Below are positions 36,033-49,334 of a stretch of DNA of 58,199 bases, piece by piece. The translations under genes were made by a program, and so were the position numbers. The notes under the pieces are model-generated. The model was not told where the DNA came from and searched no databases. It was given only the letters and a program-made list of their open reading frames with translations. Position 1 is the stretch's first letter. The number at the start of each line of letters is the position of its first letter. The stretch is from Octopus bimaculoides (lineage: Eukaryota): the NCBI RefSeq assembly GCF_001194135.2, contig NC_068998.1, positions 45,333,843 to 45,392,041 on the forward strand, read 5' to 3'.

Positions 36033-37544
36033 TTATTGAAAGTCTATGTGTGAGGGTTAGTCCATGTACAAAGGTTAGCACAAGAGAAGGGGCAAGCCAT
36101 TGGTTACAGGGGTTATCTTGAGCACAGTGAGGGTATAGAGACTATTATTCAGGCATTTGTATAACTTCATTGCATCAGAATACAAAAAAAACAGTTATTA
36201 TACATATAATATTTCTTACCTTCATAAAACTAACTTGCACAACTTTGTATTTTAATATTTATGTGCTATATCAGACTGGATAGTGATTTTACTTTCAGAA
36301 ACTTTATAAACACAAAGTTTTCTTTTCAAATGCAAGAAAAATTCTGCTTTGTGTGCAACAATTAACTTCACAGGATTTTATTTATTTAGTTTATTTTATT
36401 TTTGCAATATCCATTGTCTATTTAGAAGCTTTAGACAACTGAAACTGTTCTTGTAGACATTGTCTGTTTATGAATTTTTCCTCCTCATTGTTTGATTGTC
36501 ATCTACCCAGCTATGAGTTCTTCATGTAAAATATACAGCGTAATCATTTTCGTAACTTGAAGACAGGTACCGCAAAACTGACTTGTTTTCATTCTGATCC
36601 GTCGCTAAATTACAGTATGGAGATAATTTTTTTGCACTCAAGTTTTCTGAAAAGTACGTCATCATCGTCATCATTTTAATCTTCACCACCATCATCATCA
36701 TCACCACAGAAATCATCACCACCACCATCATCATCACCAACATCATCATTATCCTCATCATCACCACCACCAAAACATCATCATTATCATCACCACAATC
36801 ATCATCATCAATATTATCACCACCACCACCACCATCATCATCATCATTTTTATCTGTGAGGTTCAACATTGTCAGCAGTAAAGTCTCCTTGTCATCTATC
36901 TCAGGAGTAGCTTCGACAATCAGCTCCTCGAGGCAATATTTTTAATCTAACATATCTCTTCCATACGTATGACTATCTCCATGCCAGCACTATCAACATG
37001 GCTGCATCCATTAGCCTATGATTTTTTTTTACTGTTTACTACTTGCTTTCTTAAACTCATATCTAGTCTTTCTCATAAGTTCACATTGCTTCTCTGCAAC
37101 GTTAACTTATGCTTTACAGTAGTAACAATGTGTTTCTATACCTTGCAGAATCAAAAATGAATATTAGTGACAGAGGCAGCTCACTGGTTAATCACAACAC
37201 CAGTACCTGTTCCAGCACTGCTTTTTTTATATATCACTGGCCAGGAGATGAGTTGTTGCGGTCTCTAATGGTCAAGCATCCATCATTAACAAGGCCAAGG
37301 AAGGTCAAAATCACATGATGAGGTGGTTTCGGCACTGGGGGTTATGGGGATTTATCTCCCCATTAGCAATATAAACAAGAGTACATTCTGCACCAAAAGC
37401 CAATATGAGAGCCTCTGTCATGGTATCTACCACAGAGTAGTTTGTTCTAACAGAACATCCATGTTTAATTGCGGATCACTATTACATCTTGCAGAATCAG
37501 TCTTCTTGCTGTGATGTCTGATATAATCAACTTTTCAAATAGAT

Positions 37545-37728
37545 ATTTATTTCTTTATTGCCCACAGGGGGCTAAACATAGAGGGGACAAACAAGGACAG
37601 ACAAGGGGATTAAGCCAATTACATCAACCACAGTGACTGACTGGTACGTATTTAATCGACCCCAAAAACATGAAAGGCAAAGTCAACCTCGGCGGAATTT
37701 GAACACAGAACATAACGGCAGACGAAAT
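37545..37728 (-). mobile_element. Family-B SINE (TGTC-type)
   Basis: Reverse complement of 17984-18218. Confidence 0.9.
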
Positions 37729-38234
37729 ATCAAATAGATACTGCAATACATGACATCAACCTTTTTACATTTCCGTAAATGTAAAGAATTTAATTATTTA
37801 CAAATACTAATTGACTTTTGATGAAAATAATTCTTTGCATTTACTTAAAATCTCTGAGTAGTTAACATCTCTGTGGTGTTAGACAATTTTCAACAGGTAA
37901 AACAAAGACTGTTGTATGATAACATGGAAAATAGCATGACCTTACAACTTGCTATACAGAAATTAGTCAACAGACTTAATTAACCGATAAGCTAAATTTT
38001 CTTTTATATTTTTGATCTTTTAATTACTTCTTTGTAATCCCTCTAACCTAATTAATGACATAATTGACTGTTATGTAAAATATTCTGAAGGATTCTATTT
38101 TCATTAATCTGTTGTTTCCATTCAGTTTGCATCACCTGCAGTGGACAATTCTACAGAGCAGACTCACTTATGATTGATATAACAATTTCTAATACAGCCA
38201 GTAATTTTCAGAATTCTTGAAAAAACATAAATTC

Positions 38235-38615
38235 TATGTGGGTGAGTAGTAAGAAGCTTGCTTCTCAACCAAATGGTTCTGGGCTCAGTACCACTGCTTG
38301 GCACGTTGGGCGAGTGTCTTCTACAAATCTTGTGAGTGGATTTGGTAGATGGAAACTGAAAGAAGCCTGTCGTATGTGTGTGTGTGTACATGTATGTTTT
38401 TGTATCTTTGTGTCTGTTTCTCCTCTACCACTACTTGACAACTAGCGCTAGTGTATTCACATATATGTAACTTAGCACTGCACCAAAAGAGGTCAACAGA
38501 ATTAACACCAGGCTTAAAAAGTAAATAAGTACTAACGTCAATCCATTTGACCAAAAGTTCTTCAAAGCAGTGCCCCACATGGTGGCAGTCTAATGACTAT
38601 AACAAGTACAAGAAA
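38235..38615 (+). mobile_element. Diverged family-A SINE
   Basis: GTAAGAAGCTTGCTTCTCAACC...GGGCTCAGTACCACTG...GTGAGTGGATTTGGTAGATGGAAACTGAAAGAAGCC. Confidence 0.85.
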
Positions 38616-38619
38616 AAAG

Positions 38620-38656
<37 letters not shown>

Positions 38657-40105
38657 ATCTTTTATAGTGTAATATTCTATTCAAACTATTGAAATACCAA
38701 ACTTAGAATTTTGTCAATAACATTTTCTGCATGTAGCTAACTTCCTTCAATAAATAATTGCTCTTCGTTTTTTCTACTGAATAGGATATTCTTGCAAAAA
38801 AAACAAAAAAAACTTGTTTTCTGTTATCATATTTCTGAAAGTCATCTTAAACAGTGTGTCTTTTGTCCATCAAATATTCATTTCAAAGAGGGATCTTTAT
38901 AATTTTCTGATTCAGAAATTGTTATTGATATTTAATTTATAAAAAATACTATGGAAATTTGCGTTTTTACATTTCTGTGATGGGACTGAATTAGAAATAG
39001 TAAAGACTGAGTGAACATTCTTCAAATGAAGATTAGCTGTCCTTCTTTATGCTTCATTTATTTCTCCAATGTAGTTGCTTCTTAAGGTACACTACTTTAT
39101 ATGTATACATTTACTCAAACTGCAAATGAATTTTACAAAATAATGTATTTGACAAATTTCATAGGCTAATGTCAAATTCTAAAGGATAAACATTAGGATG
39201 ATGTTAAACTCAAAAGGATAAATATTAAGCTTATGTTAAATCCTAACAGATGAATATGATAGGCAGAAAGAAGAGAAAGTCTGATAGTGTGGGACAGGTA
39301 AAGTAATGTTGATCGAATGACGAAAACAACTCTGTGTAAAGTGCAAGAGGCTATTATGTGGGTGGGGGTGAAAATGTTTCAGCCTGGGAATGAGTGAAAT
39401 TAATGATGTAAAATGGAAACACATTGATGATAAGCGAGACTGACAGGAGTGTTTCCATATCAATTAAAGAAGTTTCTACGGATTAAATGTGAAAACAGGT
39501 TTTTTTTTGGGGGGGGGGGGTTGTGAAGCTTTTGATGGTTTGGAGGAAAGGGTTTTTTTTTTTTTTCTTTAATATTATCAACATCTGCTTCTTTAAGAGC
39601 AATGTCCAAGGGTGCAGACGATTTAAAATCGGCATATATTATTAGCTGTAGAACAACAAATGACGGAAATCCACTTGTGTTTATGAATTGTCAATTAATA
39701 ATGCAGCTAGTTTCTCTATATTACAATACCGGAGCTGCCTGGAACGCTATCTATGCTACCTATATTGCTGTTGTTTGCTGATATTATTTTTATAATGACT
39801 ACTGTTATGGTTATATTAAGTTTGCAAAGATGGGTAATGATAGAAAATTGCTACTACAACTTCCTAAGTATTTCTATCTTTCAACACACTGTATAGTTTA
39901 TTTTCTACTGATCAACTGAAGACTTGATTCCCAAGTTTTTTCATGTCACATATGTACTCTTAAGAGCATAACTCTCTCTCCTGCTTCTTAGATTAATATT
40001 CCAAATAATTAAACTTTGTTTTATACATCATTGCTTGTACTATTTTAGATTATCAAATTTAGAATTTTGCTCTGCTATAACCAGCCTCTCAAATAAGCCA
40101 CTTAA

Positions 40106-40326
40106 CCATTTTCTTATCATATTTATTTTGAGATGCTCTGTGTTTTTTTCAATTATTTTGAATATAACAAAGAATTTAGTAAAATAACTTCATTATCATT
40201 AATCTAGTGTTAGGAACATAAATTGTGACTAAGGTTTGGTTGAAGATTTTAATTCAAAATTTATGCAAACAAGACATTTGTACTACAGAGCCAGAGCCAG
40301 TTTCAGCCAGCTCGGTAACGAAAGGG
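40106..40326. mobile_element. piggyBac-like MITE, second copy
   Basis: TTAA on both sides; right end GGTAACGAAAGGG|TTAA; body matches 35811-36032. Confidence 0.85.
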
Positions 40327-41472
40327 TTAATAGGACAAATACATATGTTCTCTTAAGTTTAGACTGTGTTGAAGATAATTGGGATTATACTAGCTTACTA
40401 TATACTACGTCAATAGATTGACACTATTCTAGACTATCTTAACTTAGTGATTTTGTCAATATCTAGGCCCTTAAATTTTAAAATAATATCATTTGTAATA
40501 GGAGTAGCAAAAGTCTAAAATGCTAAGTTATAGAGAATAAAACTAAACTTTAAAAAAATTGACAAGAAAACTCCTGCAATGTTATCAAGGTACATGTAGA
40601 AATTTGCAGTTTGTTTTGAGAATTTATAAAAATATAATTATCACTGAAAATCAACACAAATTACATTAGGATACCAGTGATCAGCAGGTTCAATCTGGAG
40701 TGAAACCAGTCAAAAGATCTTAAATCTTAAGTCTCATTAGTTTTGCTTAGAAAAAAGGAAAATCTAATTGAATTGAACAAAGAATATAAAATGAAATTTA
40801 AAATAAAAATAAATTGATTAATTTTTGTGTTATGATATATTTTTGTTGTCAACAATTTGGCAAACATCTCATTTATACATATATACATGTGTGTGTGTGT
40901 AATGTATTTTGCAGTATAAAAAAAAAACTACTTAGAAATTTCTGTCAAAAATCTGTTCTATTTTCCCAAAGAAAGCATTTGCTTTATTCCTTTTCTTTAA
41001 TATCATTTACTAGTCTAAACATGGCACCGTGTTCCACATTTTAATTTGCCTTTTTAACAAAATAATGTCAAAGCTGGAAAGGAGGAAATGGTAATGCAGC
41101 ATAACAATTGAACATATCAATGCAGTCTTGTCAGATCGGGCTTCTAACATTGTTTTCAATTGAACAACAATATAATGATGTACACTTATGTTTATACCTC
41201 TATTTCCTGTTTAAATGAAGTGTAAAGAGAAAAAGCTACTTTCTGTCCACATAGTAATTTCTAAGAACATACACACACAAAAATAAAAAAACAAAAAAAA
41301 ACACAGATATAGTGAGCAGCTAAATTGACAGATCCATTACTTAGTGAACCAGCTGTCCTTTAGTATGTTGTCTGCCTGAAACAGCTAAATAAAATACCTA
41401 ACTACAGTTCTTCATTCATTGATAAAGAATTATGTTCAGACTGCTGACAGCTTAGGTTGATATATATGTGTA

Positions 41473-41522
<50 letters not shown>

Positions 41523-41659
41523 TCTGTATATCACTGCTGTCAGGTACTGTTTTGTGTAATTTCAAGTAATAGGACATATTTCTTTATGTATATCATGATT
41601 AACTGGCTGCCTCTATTTCTTGGTGCAAGGATTGTGTATGTAAATGCGTTACAGAGAGA

Positions 41660-41702
<43 letters not shown>

Positions 41703-43017
41703 TGTGTGTGCAATGTTTGGTTTTCCAAACAGGAGAAGGAAAACCCATTATGAAAGACAAAGTGTGTATTTTTCTTATTAGACATGAATACAAGAGAAGT
41801 TATTCAGAGGCCTAGAACATTGTATCAACATCCTTTACAAACATCCTTATCTGCCCCCATCATATCTCTCCTTAGACACATTTACCAAGGGCTTTCCCTC
41901 ACCATTTTTTAACCAACAGAAATTGTTGTTTAACAGTGACTTGCTAGCATTCATTATTATTCTGGAATCTGGATGGTTGGTTGCACTGACTATCCGTAAT
42001 ATGATTTCAGTAAAAAATTACTTTACATACAGAAGGCTGAACCACCACACTGCAGAGTAGACCTAAGAAGAGGAGAATAATCTAATTTAATCTATCGCAC
42101 AACCTAAAAGTCATCACATAGACAGCCAGGAAAATACATCATCATTTCCACCTTTACACAAATCCCTAATCTCTTTAACTTTCACAATGTTAAAGTTAGT
42201 TATTCATGTATGGAAAATATAACTTTCCAGATCAACACTACAGCCATAAATACATCTTTCTATAGTCATGCTAACATTAATCAAGCTGCAGCATTCGAAT
42301 TCTGTCAACATGTCTGCACAGTGGATCTTGCTTCTCTGAGAAAGTAAGAGAACAGCCATAGCATTTCTAGATACTCTTGAACAGAATTATTTATGTCTAA
42401 CTGCTTACTCTTTCAACAATTGCTGTTATCAACTTTCCCATCCATTCATTCATGTATGAATGTGTGTGTTTGGTACTTATCCTATAAGTCTCTTTGTTGA
42501 ACCATTAATTTACAAGGGTATGTACAAACAAGCACAAGTTGTCAAGTAGTGAGAAACTTAAAGATGTACACATACACACACATACATAGCAAGAATAAGG
42601 ATAACTACAAGTTCATATTAAAGTTCCTATGTGCATTTCCTCATTATGGTTGTTGGAGCTCTGTGAGAGATGTTCCAAATATGTGCAGAAGCTCAATCAC
42701 AATACATCCTCAGCAAACACTTTATTGTATCAAGTAATAGATAACTTGAGTTTATCTTTATTTCTCCTATATTTGCCCTGCAGCTCATAACTAATAATAG
42801 TACTCAGTATAAGAGTCAATTAACAACCATACAGAAAGCAGACCAGGTTATAAAAATCCGGATGGAGATCGTAGCAGTTGTACTTCTACTTGTGAACACA
42901 ATTTTTCTACGTAAAACTTGGCCAAGCTTTCTGGTTTGTCCATTCCTGTTAAACCATCCAACCCATTCTAGTGTGGGAAAAAGGATGTTAGATAATAATA
43001 ATAATAATAATGATAAT

Positions 43018-43232
43018 CCTTTCTACTATAGACAAAAGGTCTGACATTTCAGAGGAGGGGACGAGTCAATTACATCAGCTCCACTGTTTTACTGGTGCTT
43101 AGTTCATCGACCCTAATAGGATGAAAAGCAAGGTCGACCTTGGTGAAATTTGAACTTAGAACATGAAGATGGACGAAATATCACTAAGCAATTCAACCGG
43201 TATGCTAACAATTCTGCCAACTTGCTGCCTTA
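43018..43232 (-). mobile_element. Family-B SINE between (AAT)n tracts
   Basis: Family B reverse complement; (AAT)n at 42993-43015 and 43231-43247. Confidence 0.85.
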
Positions 43233-43559
43233 ATAATAATAATATTAATGAAGAGGAGGAGGAGATGTATGTATGTGAGATGACATTTTCATCTACAAGA
43301 TTCAGTGACAAGGCGTTGATCAGACCAAGGCTGTTGTAGAAGACACCCAAGGCACCACTCAATAGGAACTATGTAGTTGCAAAGAATGCACATACCTGTG
43401 CCTATTATGTGTATATGTCATATATAACGTATTGTGTGTGTGAGTAAAATATTAAAACACATTAATATATAAAATACAAGCTACTCCAATTAAATGTGTA
43501 GACTGCTACTTTCTTTTGTTCACTCAACACGTGTGTTTGTGTATGTATGTACACACACA

Positions 43560-43805
43560 CGCACACACCAGGTTACTGTTGGTACCCCTGTCACCCATGC
43601 TTCAAACCAACTTTCTTCTCTTCCCGACTGTTTAATTCAGACATGTTTTTGTTTGTTGTTTTTTCTTCTCCTTATCTATCCTTTCTGCAGAAGAGCATAG
43701 GCTCAAAACATTAAAGACTTCCAAGTTTCCTGAATGTAAGCCTAATACACCATGTTTGTTGTTCTTCTACATCATCTCTGAGTTTGTTTGTTTTTTTTTT
43801 TGGAC
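43560..43805 (+). mobile_element. Penelope-like terminal fragment
   Basis: TCCTTTCTGCAGAAGAGCATAGGCTCAAAACATTAAAGAC...CTAATACA...TGTTTGTTGT parallels 2553-2678. Confidence 0.5.
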
Positions 43806-44364
43806 CACACACACATATATATTTATACATACACATATACCTCTTAGTAAATATATTTTAGATTATTAGTAAAAAAAAATTGGCAACTAAGTAGACTTTA
43901 CCATAAATGTTTTAGATCTTACAAGTGACAGTTGATTAAACTACAACCATTACTTCCCATATTGCTTGTATTTCTCATCATGAGAGTTGACATTTGGTTT
44001 CTTATTTCGAAAACTATATTCTGTAAAAGAACTACATTAAACCAATATCATTAGATATGATTTTGTGATGGACTTCTGATAAAATATTTTTCTACTTATT
44101 TATTTTGTTATTACTCTTTGACTTTCATATCACAACCCAACAACTTTCTCAACAGATCGAGACTTTTGCTTTCTCTACTTAATAATGTCAACTATAGTTT
44201 TTCAGTAAGACCAAAATTGATCTGATGAAAACTGAACCTTTGACGTAATTAGTTGATTCAATATTTTCAAAGTGATTTGAATTGGTTTAATTTTTAAGAC
44301 TTCTTGGTAGAGCTGTTTCTTATGTTTGGTTAAGAGTACAGAGCTGTCAGTAAGCATATGACAC

Positions 44365-44425
<61 letters not shown>

Positions 44426-44687
44426 GTGCTTAGTCATTAAATAATATCATGGCCAAATGATAAACATTCCAATCAGAACGTAACTGGAATTTACAATTTG
44501 GTCCCATTTGTTCGTTTTTTTTTTAAATTTCATGATTATTGGTCACAAATTAATGTAGGTTTCAAAATGCTCTTTTATTGAGAACATGTGCCAATTTGAA
44601 CTGTTATTGTAAAATAACAATTAAGAAATAATTATTTGCTAATTTACTTCAATCCAATATAAAAAATAACAAATGATGTCTCTGATT

Positions 44688-44892
44688 AAGGCACAAGACC
44701 AGCAACTTTAGAAGGAGAAGGTTAGTCAATATCCTTAACCTCCAGTACATGATTGGTACTGTATTTCATCAAGCCTAGAGGGAGGAGAAGTAAAGTTGAA
44801 CTTCAGAGGATTTGAACTCAGAATCTATAGAACTATAAGAAATGCAGCAAAGCATTTTTTCCAACACTGTAATGTTTCAGCCAGCTCACCAA
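44688..44892 (-). mobile_element. Old family-B SINE
   Basis: AAGGCACAAGACCAGCAA...TTGGTACT...ATTTGAACTCAGAAT...TTCAGCCAGCTCACC. Confidence 0.75.
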
Positions 44893-45383
44893 ACTAATTT
44901 TGTAAAAGAATTTATCACCCATAATGTAATTAACTGCACTAATTAAACCAAATTAGATTTCTTAAACCTATGATTAGTTTTTAGAAATAGTTCGGTTGGC
45001 AAATGACCAGAGGTCATGTATTGAAACTAAAACAGTTACATTGGTAAAGTATCATGATAGTTTTCTCAACACATGTCTAGTATTGCTTTCAGTTATTTCT
45101 GTATTTTCTTTCTTCCATCACAGATCATCATCATTTTACTGTGAGGCTGCAGAAAATGAAGTGTGTAAAATTTTGAAAATAATATCCAGATTATCAGATA
45201 ATCATTTAAATCACCCATTAAAGTTTGGCATCATTTCCCTCATAACATTTCCTGTGATAAGCCATCTGTTCCTTGTTAACTTGATCTACCTACAAGAGCA
45301 TAGGGAAATCATTCATTGAGGTTGAAAGGCTAACTATATTGATAGCAAAGCTTACCTTAAAAATTTTTTAATTTCTTGTGTTT

Positions 45384-45610
45384 TTAGTCATTTAGCATTT
45401 AAACTGACCATATCCGGCTGAAATATTCTACCTGTTTTACATTAAAACTGACTGGATAAGTCATGTCAAATACGCTACAATGTCAATCTAAGAATAAACA
45501 AACACATAATGAAAATCTTGAAGCTACAAGATAATGCATTTTTAATTTAAAACAATGTAAATAAACAAGTATTACATTTAACAGAATAATCTGAATGCTG
45601 AGGGGTTTAA
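45384..45610. mobile_element. Second piggyBac-like MITE family
   Basis: Ends TTTAGCATT... and ...AATGCTGAGGGGTTTAA are degenerate inverted repeats with TTAA-like flanks. Partial copy at 28375-28565. Confidence 0.6.
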
Positions 45611-46096
45611 ATTTATATCCTGCATTTTGTGAACAATTATTTCATTGGTAGTAAGTTTCCAATGACTTACCACCTAGTTCATTGGATATGTGATGTTGAG
45701 AGTGACAAAGGTATGCCTGAACAACTTGAGGAGAATAAAAACTGAAAAAGAGTGGATGAATGACTTACTTACAGCACAAGCCAATCGTTCATAGTACATA
45801 TACTACAGTTTATTTTTCATTTCATATTCAGTGGTTGTTTAGACCTACTTCAGCTCTGATCAAGCAGAATTCACTGCATCCCATCTTCTTTCAGACAGTG
45901 TATGATAGACCATATTATTCAATATATCTTTCTTACAAGATGATAGAAAGATGATATGAGGAAGATTTGACTGTGCTTTCTCATTAATATTTCTTCTCAT
46001 TGACTCTGATCTGTTTGAATTATTTCACATACCTAGGATAGTGCTGGATATGATTTATTTTACAATTAGTATTCATTGATATATTATGAATCAGAG

Positions 46097-46853
46097 TAGG
46101 CATGACAAACTCATTTGGCCTTGTGGGCTGCACTGAAGCATAAACTAAATCTCATAGGCCATATAATTATTCTTAAGAGCCCTATTCATGATGCAGGCCT
46201 ACATAAATGGATAGAGGGTCAATATACATTATGACAACTTTATGAACAATAAAGAAAAGAATATAAAATGTTAACAAAGTTTGTGTACAAAAATGTATGA
46301 GAAAAACTCAACAATATAGTATTAAAAAAAATTCCTATTAAGACCTTAGAATGAGAATGGAGTTAGAAATTGTCTAAATAAGAGCATACAATTCTTGGGA
46401 AAAGCAAATGCTTGATAGAAAGCTTGCATGCTTTCATCAGCAAAACCTTTCAATATCATACATACTACCAAAATCTATTTGAACACAAACATAGATTTGG
46501 GAAAACAAAAAAGAAAAAGAAAAAAATTTTTATTTGGTTCAACATGTGTAGACTGAGTAAAGGGGAGATAGGCCACATCCTTAAGTATGTGGATTCATAA
46601 ACTTCTTTTATATTAATTGAGATAACAGAAAATATCCTTAAGTATTCTCATTTGACAAATCAGAACCAGTGTTAATCACAATTCTAGTAGGGCTCTGACT
46701 TTGAAATATGTTAAGGAAATATATTTTACAGAATATTTTGAAATTTAAAAAAAAAATAATGATTTTTTTAAATTACAAAACTGAGTCAGGGACTCTAATA
46801 AATCTTGTTGCGGACTGAATCTGGACTGTGGGACAAATGTTTGACACTTTTTA
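46097..46853. mobile_element. Decayed hAT-like non-autonomous element
   Basis: Left TAGGCATGACAAACTCATTTGGCCTTGTGGGCTG and right GGACTGAATCTGGACTGTGGGACAAATGTTTGACAC resemble the CAGGGGTGTCAAAC...GGGCCG...GTTTGACACCCCTG termini of hAT MITEs after CpG decay. No clear 8-bp TSD. Confidence 0.45.
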
Positions 46854-47391
46854 ATTATTGGTTAGTTTGGAGATTTTATACTAGGATGACATTGTTTTTC
46901 TCCAGTTTATCAGTATTGTAGTATAGTTATATAGGAGATATGAAATGTGCTTAAAACACATAAAACATCAAAATTAATCAACAGTGATGATGTTGCTGAT
47001 GTTAGTGTGAAAGAATTGGTTACACAATCTTTTTTCTCTCATTTAAACAAAGATAGTGATTTAAAATATTCTAAAGTTGTTTATTAAGGTGAAAATATTG
47101 ATTAAAGAGACTGTATGACAAATTATGATGATGATGATGTTAATCAATACAACACCAATGTTGATTGTGACTGTTGTTTTTTTTAATAACTTTATTGCTT
47201 AATATGTCATGACAGTTTTGTTAGTGTTTGTGTCTAAATAATAACGATAGTATTTTCTTGTTCCTTTTTGAAATATATGTTTATTGCTGAACAGATACTG
47301 ATAAAGTAAATTTCTTAAATGTAACTTCAGATAGTAAAAGTAATTAGCGATTTCCAATATAAGCAAGCCGGTCTATTTCTGGGCACCCATT

Positions 47392-47912
47392 TTGCCTTGT
47401 GCCAGTGGCACGTGAAAAGACATTCAAGCGAGATCGTTGCTAGTGCCGATGGACTGGCTCCTGTACAGGTGACACGTAAAGTTCACCATTTCGAGTGTGG
47501 CCGTTGCCAGTAAGACATTCGAGCGAGATCGTTGCTAGTGCCAATGGACTGGCTCCTGTACAGGTGACACGTAAAGTTCACCATTTCAAGTGTGGCCGTT
47601 GCCAGTAAGACATTCGAGCGAGATCGTTGCCAGTGCCGATGGACTGGCTCCTGTGCAGGTGGCACGTGAAATACACCATTTCGAGCGTGGCCATCGGCAG
47701 TACCGCCTGACTGGCTCTCGTGCCGGTGACACGTAAAAGCACCCACTACACTCTCGGAGTGGTTGGCATAAGGAAGAGCATCCAGCTGTAGAAACTCTGC
47801 CAAATCAGATTGGAGCCTGGTGTCGCCTCCTGGTTCGCCAATCTTCAGTTAAATCGTCCAACCCATGCTAGCATGGAAAGCGGACGTTAAACGACGATGA
47901 CGATGATGATGA
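47392..47912 (+). mobile_element. Family C element with an internal 95-bp triplication and (GAT)n tail
   Basis: Units start at 47417, 47512 and 47607 (AAGACATTC(A/G)AGCGAGATCGTTGC...); the 3' part is near-identical to 4100-4310. Confidence 0.9.
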
Positions 47913-48810
47913 ATATAGGCAAAAGACAACACATTTTGGAGAAGCATGTAATTGATTTAATGAACCTCAAATTTCATTCAAGTGACCTCAGAGGGATAAA
48001 AAGGGAAGTCAGATGTGACAGGATTTTAAATTAGAATGCAAAGACACCTTATGGAACATTGTCACCAATTTTGCTATCTAGAGCCCTCAGGACACTGTTA
48101 ATTCTCTTTTCTGGGGCCTTTAATAATTATGATAAATAAAAAGGATAATGGCTATCTTCAAGATAATAAAGATATCCATCAAAAAAATAATACAGATTTT
48201 ATAAATGATAATATTGATTTCTAATGCAATAATGTCATTATTGCCAATTAATATCATTAAATCAATTACTAAAACAATAGTATAGTGGATATGAGAAATA
48301 ATAACAAAGTGATTAAGGGATAATTTTGTTTGTGTAGATGATAGTGAAAATTATTAGAGCTGATAATGTTTAGTTGATAGAATCATGCAAATGTGATTAT
48401 CTTGAGCATTAAAGCAGTAATTTCAGTGTTAAGAAGTTATCAGCAGTAGCAAAAGTGTATTGTAATTACCATTCTTATAATTCTTCCATTATACATTGAC
48501 TGAATAATTAAACTGCTTATTACTTATTTCAAATAAGGCTCACATTATATTTGGACAGGTGATGCTGCTATATAGGTAAACATCCTCCTGGGACATCATC
48601 CATAGAAAGACCATTCAGTTAATTAGCAAAGATTTACTCATTAAGAGTGTTAATAAGACTATCTTTGTGTGTTGTGCATGTGCCTTACTATCTTTCATAC
48701 ACACACACACACACACATACTCACACATATAAACATATATATACAAACACACACACACATGTAAACATACATACATACATACATATATATATATAAACAT
48801 ACATACATAT

Positions 48811-48845
<35 letters not shown>

Positions 48846-48851
48846 AGATGT

Positions 48852-49268
48852 TTGCTTCCCAACCACATGATTTGGGGTTCAGTCCCACTGCATGGCACCT
48901 AGGGCAAGTGTCTCTTGCCATAAACCTTGGCTAACCATAGTTTTGTGAGTTGATTTGGTTGACTGAAGCTGAAAAGAAGCCCCATCATATATGTGTGCAT
49001 GTATACATGAGTGTGAGTCAGTAAGGTTGTGTCGTCTTGTTTTAAGCATTTCCTGCTAGATGTAAATGAGTGTCACTGCCATACAAGCAGTGTCATTCAT
49101 TTCTAACATTCTGCAGGAGAACACGTCCTGCCCTGGGAAAATATTTACTTGTTTGGAAACAAGCGAGTGTTGATGACAGGAAGAGCATCCAGCCATGGCA
49201 GATGTACTTCAATAAGCTCTGCTTGACCCATGCATAACAATGAAAAAAGAGAAACGATGATAATGATG
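48852..49268 (+). mobile_element. Composite SINE: family-A head/core, then a different body and an RTE-type (GAT)n tail
   Basis: TTGCTTCCCAACCACATG...GGTTCAGTCCCACTG...GGGCAAGTGTC...GAAAAGAAGCCC, then a body matching 505-725 and GGAAGAGCATCCAGCC...ACCCATGCA...GATGATAATGATG. Confidence 0.8.
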
Positions 49269-49334
49269 GAGAGAGAGAGAGACAGACAGACAGACAGATA
49301 GAGAGTATCTCTTTTGATCATTCAAATATATATT

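Noticed and set aside
36522-36869. 115-aa Asp/Gly/Met/Val-rich ORF as a whole protein
   Set aside because: The middle is a degenerate (GAT/GGT)n tract that switches register; only the flanks are kept as a low-level finding.
44996-45319. 107-aa ORF
   Set aside because: Low-information F/L/I/S-rich composition typical of AT-rich non-coding DNA; no domain.
39250-46584. Plus-strand exon look-alikes at 39250-39297 (MNMIGRKKRKSDSVGQ), 42231-42343 and 46552-46584 (LSKGEIGHILK)
   Set aside because: Good splice signals but no recognisable homology. Equally plausible frames exist on the opposite strand at 42.3 kb, which shows how often such patterns arise by chance here.
47417-47701. CRISPR-like array
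   Set aside because: Eukaryotic context, contiguous tandem units with no unique spacers, no cas genes. The same applies to 22509-22572.
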